Source: Anthoceros angustus | Lineage: Eukaryota; Plantae; Anthocerotophyta | NCBI GenBank assembly: GCA_010909165.1 | Contig: VJWM01000255.1 | Location: forward strand, 124,001 to 188,000 | Direction: 5' to 3' | Length of the DNA: 64,000 nt | Shown: positions 52,998 to 64,000 of the stretch, in pieces | How the letters are laid out: each line of letters begins with the position of its first letter | Numbering within the stretch: the stretch's first letter is position 1 | Notes under the pieces: generated by a model | Seen by the model: only the letters and a program-made list of their open reading frames with translations | What the model was told of the DNA's origin: nothing | Databases searched by the model: none | Made by a program: the position numbers and the translations under genes

Positions 52998-54425
52998 ATG
53001 GCGCTCAAGTTCCACGTCGGCTACCCCGGCAACAGGAATGCGAACAAGGTTCTGATCGCCGCTGAGTATGTGGGAGTGGAGATCGTGACCCCTGAAGGGT
53101 TCCAGATGGGAGTGACCAACACCTCCCCCGAGTTCCTCAAGCTCAATCCTCTTGGCAAGGTCTGGCAGTGGTAGCAGGCAGTTTGCTTCGTATTTTGCTC
53201 TGAAGGCTGAGCTGGGCTGAGTTTTGGTTGCTGTCTTCTGTTTTGCCAGATTCCCCTGCTGGAGACCCCGGAAGGTTCTGTGTTTGAGAGCAGCGCCATT
53301 GCCCGGTATGTGGCCAGGCTGAAGCCCGAGGCGGGACTGTACGGGAAGTCGAATATTGATGCCGCGCATGTGGACCAGTGGATCGATTTTGCCACCAATG
53401 AGATTGATAACAACCAGGTGAAGATTCTGGGAGGCCGTCTTGGCTTCGCCCAGGTGGTGTACACTGCCAAGGGAGAGGAGGTGGCCCTTGCTCAGTTGAA
53501 GCGTGCCTACGGCGCGTTGGACAAGTTCCTGGCTTCCACCACTTTCCTTGTGGGAGATGCAGTGACGCTGGCAGATATTGTGCTCGTGCCTGCTCTGGCC
53601 TTAGGTTTCAAGTACGCGGTGGCGAAGGACCTTACGGCGGGGCTTCCCCATTTGTTGAGGTACGTGAACACATTGGTGAACCAGCCTGCCTTTAAGAAGG
53701 TTTTGGGCGAGCTCACCTTCTGGGAGGTGCCCCTCCCCAGCCCCCCGGCTGAAGGACAGATTGCCCCGAGGCAAGGGCCGTCTGCTGTGGCCAAGCCGGT
53801 TCCCCCGCCGGCAGCTCCCAAGGAAGTCGGGCCACCTCCTCAGGCACCTGCAGCTGCTCCCCGGACCCAGGCCCCTGCTGTTCCGGCTAAGGCAGCCGAT
53901 TTGGGAGATGAGGAGGAGGATGCTCCGAAGAAAAAACCGAAGAATGTTCTGGATTTGTTGCCTCCTAGTCCTATGGTGCTGGACAACTGGAAGAGACTCT
54001 ACTCCAACACCAAGGCCAAGGATTTCGCTGAGGTGGCCATCAAGGGCTTCTGGGACATGTATGACCCCGAGGGCTACTCTCTCTGGTTCTCCGACTACAA
54101 ATATAACGAGGAGAACACACTCACCTACGTGACTATGAACAAGGTGGGTGGATTCCTGCAGCGTATGGACCCCTTCCGCAAGTATTCCTTCGCCAAGATA
54201 GGTATTCTGGGTAAAGAACCCCCATTCAAGATCAAGGGAGTGTGGCTCTTCAGGGGCACGGAATTTCCGCAGCCAGTGAAGGATGAGTGTTACGACATCG
54301 AGCTATATGAGTGGACGAAGGTGGATATCAACGACCCAGCCCAAAAGGCTCTGGTGAATGACTATTTTGAGGAGCCTGACGAGATCTTGGGTGACAAGCT
54401 AGTGGAAGCCAAGTGCTTCAAGTAG
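52998..54425 (+). CDS. EEF1G: Elongation factor 1B gamma
   Basis: GST-like N-terminus (PEFLKLNPLGK|IPLLETPEG, FESSAIARY), P/A-rich linker, C-domain (LDNWKRLYSNT, GFWDMYDPEGYSLW, EAKCFK*). Single intron 53160-53249. Confidence 0.96.
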
Positions 54426-55208
54426 GCAGTTGCTAGCATGAGATAGCCATCTTCTCTCTGATGAGTCTCAATTTTGATTTTCCCTGAAACCAGGCCATTG
54501 AACGGACGTTTCGCAATCCTGGTTGAGTTAATTTTCCCTCGTCGTTTTGCTGTTGTGGCTTAAGAACGTTTTTGTTTAACTGCGGAGGACTCACCAAGAG
54601 ACGCAGGTTTTTCAAATGGAAGCACGAGTTTCAATTCCGCTTTTCTTGCCTCAGCGCTCGTGTTGAGAAGGAGGTCGGCCACGTGCCATCAGAAGAGACA
54701 AAGGTTCGACGATGATGTCCGTCCAGTCCTTCATCCAAAATCTTATTGATTCCGTGCCAAAAATTTGAGCAAATACGCAGAAGTCTCTGTGACAGCTAAC
54801 TACATGAAATAATGATAGTCCGGCTGCAGTTCACATGGAAAACGTCATCAAACTACGTATGAACCACTGGCAAACTGTCCGGCTCGGCAATTCTGACAGG
54901 TAGACATCCGGCTTGCAAAACATAATTGTAGCAAATTCGAGCCTGCTCTCGCTCACTCCTCGTCTCCAATCAGAACTGCATGAACCACAGCTATGGCAAA
55001 GCTCCTGCTGGTTGCTATCTCAGTGGCTATGCTTTCTGAAATCTTTGACGGAGGAACTCGAGTGTTACTTGGGATACTGGTATCTCTGCTGCACCGTTTC
55101 CTCCTCCGCTTGGGATTTGTCTGACCTCAAAAACCTGAGCAAATCCCACTTGAGCTCCCATGACATTGTAGTCTGCAAAAATAATGTAAAGCATGGCATT
55201 GCGTCTGG

Positions 55209-56877
55209 CTAGGAGTTGTAGATGTTCCTGTAACGACGGTTGGGCATCCGAACATTCCTGCTAGGATCCGGCTCACAGACATGATTATATCTCTCCCTAT
55301 GCTCCCTGCTATTGAACTGGGTGAAGCAATGGTACCCGTACCAGCAGTCTGGCCGCTGGGCCGCTTCCGGAGGGAGCTCAGACTTGGGAATAGATTGGCG
55401 ATACTTGAAGAGGATATGCTTAGCCAGAACATCATGGCACTTGGCGCACACCGACAACGTGGAGGATAAAGAGGCCGGGGCCAGGGCCAGGGCCGGGGCT
55501 ACTTGAAAATCAGGCAAATCAACCTCTCCACTTGCAATCTTTCCCATCCACTCTGTCATCACCTCCGCTACAGTAATATGATGCTCTACCATGTAGCGCC
55601 GTGTCACCTCAACCTCATACTCATTCTCCCAGTGCGCAGCGTCGAGGACATCGGAATCTGACAGAATCCAGCTGCTGACAGGCTTGATGTGGCAGCCGGT
55701 GGGGGGGAAGTTCTGCGAGCGCCAATATGGATCGCAGAAGGTCAATTGGCAGACGGCGCACTTGCTCGACACATCCAACTCCGGCCTGAAAGGCATCCAA
55801 AGATTGCAGCCACTGCAGGTGATGTGCTGCGTGGAGGAATTGCAGCGGAAAGCACTGGCATTGGCAGGCAGCGCGGCCTCATCCACCCGCTCATGGCACT
55901 GCCGGCAAGTGCCCCGGTCATCCTCGCTGGCCTGGCTCTGCGTGTCGCCGTCGCTGTGCACGTAAGCATCGCTGTTGAGAGCCATATCCGGATCCACCAG
56001 CCGCATCACGTCCGACTTCACCATAGCATTCTTGTCCATCTTGGCAATGTCCGCAGCCGAGCGGCGCATCCCGGGATACTCCTTCACAATCTCCTCCAAC
56101 ACGCTACACAGCGTGTGGTTCCTCCCTACCGACACCACAGGCCCCCGACACTGCGGGCACTTGCAAGCCGAATTATACGAGGTGGATCTGCGGTACCAGT
56201 CGGAGAAGCAGGAATTGCAGAAAGTATGCAAACACGGAGCCACGCTCACTGCGTCGTGCCACACATTCCAGCAAATGCTGCACTTGACCGAGTCCATCAT
56301 CTTGATCCTCCTCCCGCCGTCCTCCTCCTCCGCCACCGTCTCCATCTTCAGTTTCTTCCCCTGCCTCCGCTTCCCTCCCGCCCCGGATTCGCTCCTCCCC
56401 GCTTCCGCCTCCCCGCCACATCCTGGAACACGTAGGCCGGAAAAGAAGCCGCGCACGGTCCCAGCACCAGCATGTCCCCGTGCCGCAGCGCCTCCGCCTT
56501 CTCCTTCACCAACCGCACCCCGGACAGGAGCGTGCCGTTCACGCTCCGGTCCCGCACCACCACTCCCCGCTCTCATCCTTCCAGATCCTGCAGTGCTCCT
56601 TGCTCACGCGCCTGTCCCCCGTGGCGTCGCTGCGCCCTACCCGCGTCTCCTTCTCCTTCAGATGGATGCTAGGATACACCCGGGACAGCGCCACCAGCCT
56701 CCCCCACGACGCCAGAGAGCATGCATCATCCCGCAATTCCTCCTTCCCCTCTCCCTCCCCCTTCCCTTCCCAATCCCCTCCCGCCTCCTGCGTCACGTCA
56801 TCATCCGCTGCCGCTCCCCCTCCCCTAGCCAACCCCGAGGCCGCGACCGCGGCCCCAGAGATCGCCATGTCCGCCAT
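55209..56877 (-). CDS. CHFR: CHFR-like E3 ubiquitin ligase (FHA-RING-Cys-rich-PBZ), intronless, with two apparent frameshifts
   Basis: FHA motifs WGRL, VGRS, RVSKEHC, DRSVNGT, LRHGD. RING CSIC...PCLHTFCNSC...CPQC. PBZ CWYGYHCFTQ...HRERYNH. Spread over three frames. Confidence 0.85.
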
Positions 56878-57593
56878 CGCCGTGAGCCTGCCGCTGCTGC
56901 CTCGTTTGCGCCTGCCTGGCGTCCCTTCACCATTCCCCGGGGTTCAACCCAGCCACGGCTCGAACTGGACGGGATTCAACGACTCCCTGCCCTTTTAACC
57001 CTTCCGCTCTCGGTGCATTAACTTCAGATTATGCCCTAACACAACACACCTGAACCAAAGCCTTGCCCTTTGTTTTTTAAGGTCATTTCATTTCCTTTCA
57101 TAGGTCATTTCATTTCCTTTCATCACACTTTTTCCGCTTCCGCTTCCGCTCCCGTTTGCATCCATCCTTGGTAGTACCTGACCCCGAGGCGTGCGTGCGA
57201 GTCCATGTTCGAAGCTTCTTTTTCGGCCGTTGCCGAACTAGCACATGCCACGAGTGAGCAAATTCCCAGACAGGACAAGGTGCGCACAGTTTTAGATCCT
57301 TGGGAGGACGGACACGGCAATCTCAAAACATATGCATGTCCTCATAGAGACTTGCTTCTTATACTCGGAGGACAAACCCATGCGGGTTTCTCTCCACCTT
57401 TGTCTACAAAATAATGTGTCAAGAAACAGCAAGAGAGGAGGCTGATGAATGGAGAGTCCTAATGAATGACGAACCCGTCGGGTCAGTTCTGTGTGAGAGG
57501 CAGGTAACTGGTTACAGCCCTTGTCAAAATTTGGCCATGCTTCAAACTCGAGCTCTCCAGCATTGTATTTCGAAGTCTGTAGGAATCTATCCT

Positions 57594-59608
57594 TCATCCC
57601 CATTTTACGATTGCAGATCCCCAGGTAAGCCCGGCTCCGAAGCCTGCTGTGCACACCACGTGACCAGGCTTGACGCGCCCGCTCCTCACAGCCTCGTCCA
57701 GGGCCAGAGGGATGGATGCAGCGCTCGTGTTGCCGTAGTTGCTCAGATTGGAGATCACCCGATCAGAGGATATTCCAATGCGGTCAGCAACAGAGTCCAA
57801 AATCCGCTGGTTTGCCTGCGAGACAAAGTTAAGGGGAGAAGGTGAGGTGGGTTTGGAAGAGGAACAACGGAAGGAAGAAAGCCAGAAGTGGAAAAGGTTT
57901 GGGAGAGCAAGAGCAAGAGAAAGCAAGCAAGCAAGCCAGCAACGATGGGAAAAATGGAAGCAAGAATGGATGACGAGTACCTGATGGAGGAGAAGCCAGT
58001 CCACGTTTGCACCAGTGAGGCCGGCTTCCAAGAGAGCTCCCTCCACCACCTGTGGAACCATGCGTACAGCAAATTTGAATACCTCCTGCCCGTTCATTTG
58101 AAGGCACGAGTGCTCTGCCTTTGCCGGGAACTTAGCAGATCCGTTGCTGAGAGCCCCGTTAAGAACGGGGGGTTCGGCTGCTCCTAGACGGACCTGCAAA
58201 TGCCTGCAGAGGGGATAGCAAGCCATGAGAGAGTTCACCAGACACAGGTACGCTTGCAAGTGCTGTGGTGGCACACACTCACTTTTGCCCACTGCCATCA
58301 CTCCGTAGGTCGAATCCAAGTAAGCTGTCAGTGTCGTCGTCAGCCACCTGGAGAACGGAGGTAGCAGCCAGGTGTTCCTGAGACAACCATCTATCACAGG
58401 AGGAACAATGGAGTGCATAAACCCTAAACACATACAAACCTGGAGCAGCACAGCACCAGACGCATCACCAAAGAGGATGCAGGTCCCACGATCAGTCCAG
58501 TCCACATATCTCGACAGTGCATCAGCACCGATCACAAGAACGTTATTATAACCCCCTCCTGCAGCACATGCCACACTCCATCGTCAACACTTGCTGTCAT
58601 GCAAACGGAACTGCATGGCCAGCTGAGCAAGTGTAGAGACTGACCCTTGATGAATCTGGTTCCCGTGACAAGGCCTAGAACGAAGCCGCTGCAGGCAGCA
58701 GTTAGGTCGAATGCTGTAGCTTTGATGCATCCCAGCTCTCTCTGAATCTGGAAGCCAAAAGGAGAAGGCATCCAATGCCACCAAATTCATCACCTTTCAC
58801 ACACACTCCTAAGACACACAAAACACAGACAAGAAAGAAAGAAAGAAAGAAAACACAAGGACGGAACAAGCCTAGCTAGCTGCCAACCAAATACCTGACA
58901 GGCACTGCCGAAAAGATCATCAGGAGTGCTGGTGCAAAGAATGACTAAATCCACATCCCCGGGCTGGACGTTGGCCATCTCCAGAGCCTTCCGGCCCGAC
59001 TCCACAGACAAGCTGGTGATGCTCTCATTTTCTGCACCCAACGAGCAGCCATACCCCAGGGAGTGAGGTGAGATTCCCCTCCTTCCCGCCAAAACCAGAA
59101 ACAGCCCGTACAGCGCATGCAGCGAGCGAGCGTGCAGCCCCCACCTCCCAGCACACGCCGGTTTCGAATCCCCGTGCGGGAGGAGATCCACTCGTCGGAC
59201 GTGTCCACAATTTTGGACAGGTCGTGATTGGAGATGAGCCGGGAGGGCACGGCGGAGCCGCAGCCCACCAATTTGGAGCCCCTGCCGACGAGCCTGCCAC
59301 CCAGAGAGCGGGGAGTCAGAAGCGAAGCCACCCACCCAAGCCCCGCATGCCGCGCATGCAACAGCCAAGAAGACGAAGCCAGCATGACAATACCGCGAGG
59401 GCCGCGCCAGGCCGGCACCGCGATCCGTGCTCTCCTCCACGGCCCCGGAGGTGGAGCATCTGACGCCCTCCACCCCCGACGCCGGCGCCAGCGAGACTCT
59501 GCACGAGCTGGGCGGCCTCCTCCTGGCCCCAGCCGAGCTGCAGGAGGCCGCGCCCTGGAAGTGGGCCGCCGCAGCCCCGGCCGCAGCCGCAGCCGCTGCT
59601 GCTGCCAT
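57594..59608 (-). CDS. fabH: 3-oxoacyl-ACP synthase III (KAS III), plastid-targeted
   Basis: [16 protein letters not shown], catalytic [34 protein letters not shown]. Ala/Ser/Arg-rich transit peptide. Confidence 0.96.
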
Positions 59609-60652
59609 CCCGCTCCCTTCCTTCTCTCCCGGAACCCGCTTCCTCCTCCGCTGGGTCCTAGGCGGCCGGGCCTGGCCTGACCTCCAGCCTCATGCACGGC
59701 GCGCCGCCAATTTCCCTGCCCCGCCCGAGCCAGATCCAGCCTCGCCCGGCCTGCAATTCCGCCAAGCTTCCGCTCTGTGGGCTGCTGGTGGGCTGTGCTG
59801 CGCCTGGGCTCCGCCGCTGCCTGTGGGCTGTGGGGCTGGTGGGCTGTGGAGCTGCTGCTGCTGCTGCTGCTGCTTCCCGCGCCTGCACGACATAAATGCA
59901 GCGCGGAAACGGCAGGCAGCGCGAGCCGCTCATCTGCTTGCACCAGCCTTCGTGCGGGCGTTGGTGGCTTTGGTGGGCGAGAGGGAGGCAGGAGCCAGGA
60001 CAAAGCCCCAGCCGGGTTCACCGCCCGCGACCGGTCGCCCGCGTCCGCATGCCGCGCCCGCGGATAGTCCCGAGGCCCGGACCTCGGGATCACCGGCAAC
60101 ACCCGGTGATCACGAGGGCCCCTGCCCTGCCACCGGGGCGCGCCGGTCGCCCGTTCCACCTCGGGTTGGGTTCGGGTTAGTTTCTGTAGCTGGTGGGTGG
60201 GCTGGGCTCAATCAGCCCGCAGTAGGTGTGTCACACGGACGAGAGCCTCGTCGCTGCGACACTGCTTCCGTCTCGCCAGTCGGGCGCAGCTGCTGCCAGG
60301 GCCGGGGTCGGGCTGGATGGGATCTGGGTGTGGTGGACCGTACGGGCGGGCGGGCGCGCTCGAGGTGGTCGCGGCACGGTTCTGTTGCGGGAGGGGATTT
60401 TGGGTTTCGTTTGTTTGTTTGTGGGCGGATCGAGATTCGAGATGCGTGTCGGATTGGGAGAAGGAGGGAGCGGGATTACGGGATTGCGGGCCTCTGGATG
60501 GTTTTGATGCGTGAGGGGTTCGTGATTGGGGAGTGGGAGGGATGCGGGGTGGTGGGTTGGTGCGGACTTCGGAGGCGTGGTTTTGGGTCGCGTAGGGTTT
60601 TGAGGATGCGGGAGGTGAGGTGAGCTCGTGTGAGTGAGGTGCGGGAATTGCG

Positions 60653-63091
60653 ATGGTGATCAGCCAGGTGGGCGGTGCGGAGGATGGAGCTGGTGGGTTG
60701 CAGCCGGCGTCGATCCAGGGGGGTGGAGGAAAAGGGGCGCAGCGGAATTCGGGCTTGGCGGAGAAAGTGTCGCAGCTGGAGCGAGCTGCTGGGGACCTGG
60801 AGGATGCGGTGGCTGCCATCAACTCCTCTGCCTGGACGTACAAGAATCGGAAGGTGCTGACGGTTTCGGGCATGGAGGTGGGTGGGTGATGGGTAGTAGT
60901 AGTAGTAGAAGAAGTAGTAGTAGTAGTATTGTGTGTGATGACGACTGACAGCCTGTTGCTGGTTTGGGATGAGCAGGTTACTGGAGGGTTTCGGCACAAG
61001 CTGGCAGCAGCCGTGAATTTTCTGCAGGCGACGGAGAAGGCGATTGGAGATGTTGTGGATGGCAAGTTCGAGTGCGAGGATGTGGTGTCGAAGGTGGATA
61101 TTAGGGTGGATCGTGCAGTTGCGGCTCTGAAGCCGGCAGCAGTTGCTGACTACCGGTCTGTGTTGGCTAGCATTGGGTGGCCACCAGCTCTGTCGTCCGG
61201 TGGGAACAGTGAGGGTGGGCGGGGTGAGAAGGGGGGCACCAACAATCCTTTGCTGGACATGGGACCGGAGGCGAGCAGCAAGTTCGAGAAGAGCTTCTTG
61301 GTGCTTGCAGGTCTGCAGGGGGTACAGATGAGACGGAAGGCACGGCAGCTCAGTCATACTCCTGCTGCTCCCCAGCCAAGTCAGCGACAGAAGAAGAGAC
61401 CGTCTGAACCCACCTGGGCTATCGACGAGCTTGTAGGGCCTGTAGAATCCAGAGCGGAGTATCATTTTGTGAAATGGGTGAAGAGGCCGGAGCTGGTGTT
61501 TTCTCTTATCCATCGGCTGACACAGCAGTATGTGGATGTTGTCGAGGAAATATTGCAGCCTTTGCTTGTCAGTGCCAAACTTACTGGTTGCAGAGCCAGG
61601 GAGGACTGGATCGCTGCCATGGTGAAAGTTGGTGGGAACCATCTTCGGACGCATGCTCTGCCTGATATTTTGGCTGATCTGCAGTATGAAACAGGGCCTA
61701 CTGCTGCCCTCTGGCTGCACACGGTGGATGAGACTATTGCGTTCGATGCAAAGATGCAGAGTCTGGCCGCAAGGTCGATTGGCTTGTTCCCAGTCCAAGG
61801 CAAGGAGCTGACAGGGATTCAAGAAAAAGCCCTGGGGCTTGAGGTTGCATGTATTTCTGTGTTTGCCGAGCGATCCGAGTGGCTGGAGATATGGGCTCGC
61901 CTTGAGTTTGGGGATGCCCTGCAGAAGCTGAGATATGTTCTGGACAGGGAGGAGTCATGGGAGGTCAGACCGAGGCCGCACTCATCTGCATTACTCGAAG
62001 GAGCTGGCTACGAAAGCATTTCTGTGTCTCCCCTAGAGGAGTTTGGGGCTCCCTCTGGAGCAGAGGCATTGACGACCAACATGGCCACCGTGATGGATCG
62101 GTGTCGAACACTTCTGGAAGCGGACCAACGCTTGACATTTGTCAGGCTGGCGGCAGCTCCGCTGTCACATGAGTATCTAGACTACCTCCAAAGACGATGC
62201 AGAGAGGCCGAAGGTTTGACTTCTCTGGCAGATGAGGATTCAATGGTGAAGGTGGCTGTCTGCACAAATGCAGCTCGATACTGTCACAGTGCCGTGCAAG
62301 ATTGGGGGGAGGATATTTTCTTTCTCGAACTCAGAATGGCACAGTTGAAACAAAGCGGTGATATCCCCAGCAGTAGTAGCTTGACAGATGTGGAGGGCAG
62401 TGTGTTCGACGAGGAGCTCGAGAGCTTCACAAAATTCCAGCACGACTGGATCAACAAACTGGTGACGGTAACCACCAGGGGTTTCGAAAGTACTTGCAGG
62501 GATTACATTCGGAACAAAAGGAGATGGCAGGACGAGGCCGAGACGATCTTGGACCGAGCAGGTGGCTCTAGTGAAGAGCCCGTGGATGGCTTACAGAGTT
62601 TACAGATTGATGACGCCGCCTTGGGCCCCTCCCCGAGCCTTGTGAATGCATTAGCAGAGTTGCAAAGTCGGCTGAGGGCGCTGCAACACGCCTTCTGCCA
62701 GACGAACTTTCTTGAGTATTGGCGTGCACTTGCAAGTTCCTTGGATCAGCTCTTCTTCTTCAGTGTCATCGCCGGGGCAAAGTTTTCAGAGCACGGTGGG
62801 CTGCAGCTAGCTGCTGACGTTCAGGCTCTGTTTAAGATATTCAAGGCATTGTGTGCTCGCCCTGGAAGCTACTTCAAAAATCTGAGCGATGCATCCAAGC
62901 TGCTCACACTGGCTGAGGGGGATGCTCTGGCACTGCTCCAGACCATGCATGCTTCAGCGTGGGAGATGGAGGACGACGCTGAATCGGTGGTCAAGGGCGA
63001 AGTGCAGGCTCTCCTGAGAAAGCATGGCGTAAGGAGATTATCTTGTTCGGTGGCATTCAAAATTTTGAACAACCGTCTGTTTTTGCGGTGA
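60653..63091 (+). CDS. RINT1/TIP20-family tethering factor (MAG2/MAG2-like); N-terminus unresolved
   Basis: VDIRVDRAVAALKP, LASIGWPP, WAIDELVGP...EYHFVKW..RPELVF, LWLHTVDE, KFSEHGGLQL. Intron ~60878-60976 contains a (GTA)n microsatellite. Confidence 0.88.
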
Positions 63092-63299
63092 AGAGAGTGG
63101 GAAGCTCTGTGTCTCTATTGGGGCTTAAGTGTACATAGCTATAGCGGCAGCCTCCAGAGGCCATGTCGGCTTTCCTTCCTCCACCATCGCACTCTCCTGG
63201 GCCAGCCAGTGCTGGTAGCCCGAGTGTGCTAGACATGACTTAATCCTCCCTCTCACGCGATGGCAGGCAAACGTTGCCCACCGTGCTGAACTCCCGCCT

Positions 63300-64000
63300 C
63301 TACACAATTTGAGATGTTGGAAACACCACCACGTGCACCTCTTGCTTCCTGTCCTTGAACTCGAACGGGCTGCTGTAGCCCTCGTAAGTAACGCTGCTCT
63401 CATCGTAGACAACGCCATCCCTGTCCAACTTCGCCTTCAGCTGCAGCCACACAGCCCTGTAGTCGTCCTGATCAGGGAAGCCCCCGAACGGCCCAATCAC
63501 CGCATGGGTGCTGCCCTCCCTCTCGTGGAAATACAGAGCTGAATCCGTGGGAGCCGGGAGATCCTTCACCGATCCAAACCTGACACACGGAATTCGTCCC
63601 ACAGAGGCTGTCAACACCCACAAAACGCCAGCAAGGAAAATGACCGGTCGCACAGATCCACAAAACGCATTACCTGCTAGGAGCAAAGAATGCAATCCTC
63701 CAGCCGTTGGCTTCCGGGGCAGGAATTATGAGCACAGGCCCCGTCATCTCGATGACCTCCCCTCTCGAGTTTTTGCCCGAAATGTAGTAGAAGCATCGGT
63801 AGAAGCCCACCACCAAAGCCTTGGCATAGTTGGAGTCCGCCACCAGAGTTTCTACCCATATCTGTACCAGCACACGCAGAGAAATTAGCCATTCCCGGGG
63901 CAATCCACGCAATGACAGCCAGTAACACGCTCACCTGACGGTCCGGGTAATGCCGCAGCTCGTACCCGTCCCGTTGCGACACCACAGTGCAGCTCGGCGT
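63300..64000 (-). CDS. SOUL heme-binding family protein, 5'-truncated by window
   Basis: GYELRHY, GFYRCFYYISGKN...IEMTGPV, LPAPTD, FGGF, YSSPF...EV. Two introns visible. Confidence 0.88.

Noticed and set aside
56400-56580. Programmed ribosomal frameshifting in CHFR
   Set aside because: No X XXY YYZ slippery site, and two events would be required; homopolymer error is simpler.
55975-61822. Long alternative or antisense ORFs (55975-57021, 58945-60159, 59427-60623, 60476-61822)
   Set aside because: Low-complexity translations overlapping real genes in GC-rich, stop-poor DNA.

Overview
Gene-dense eukaryotic nuclear DNA with short (~80-110 nt) spliceosomal introns. It comes from a non-flowering land plant: an ACR3 gene argues against angiosperms, and compactness, GC content and a decayed PLS-PPR suggest a hornwort or lycophyte (inference). 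About 18 protein genes are recognisable: RING-PHD, PH/coiled-coil, aspartate aminotransferase, SNRNP25, ACR3, KOC1-like kinase, divergent WOX13-like, FANCF, mitochondrial carrier, stromal processing peptidase, trihelix, HMT, CCR4/ANGEL-like, EF1B-gamma, CHFR-like, KAS III, RINT1/MAG2-like and SOUL. There are three accessory islands. 12.7-18.3 kb: PPR/dirigent relic, a complete Mutator-like element with ~250-bp TIRs and a 9-bp TSD, and a Harbinger relic. 27.8-29.4 kb: poly(A) retro-insertion with TSD and an RLK pseudogene. 50-52.8 kb: a 33-bp minisatellite and a truncated CRE-like retrotransposon sitting in a locally repeated target motif. Highlights: the apparently sequence-targeted retroelement, a U12-type intron, a WOX13-like homeodomain lacking Asn51, a Cys-rich N-terminal extension on ACR3, a PTS2/dual-start AspAT, and a run of intron-poor housekeeping genes. 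No unambiguous new multi-gene system was found. Family assignments are from motif recognition, not database searches.
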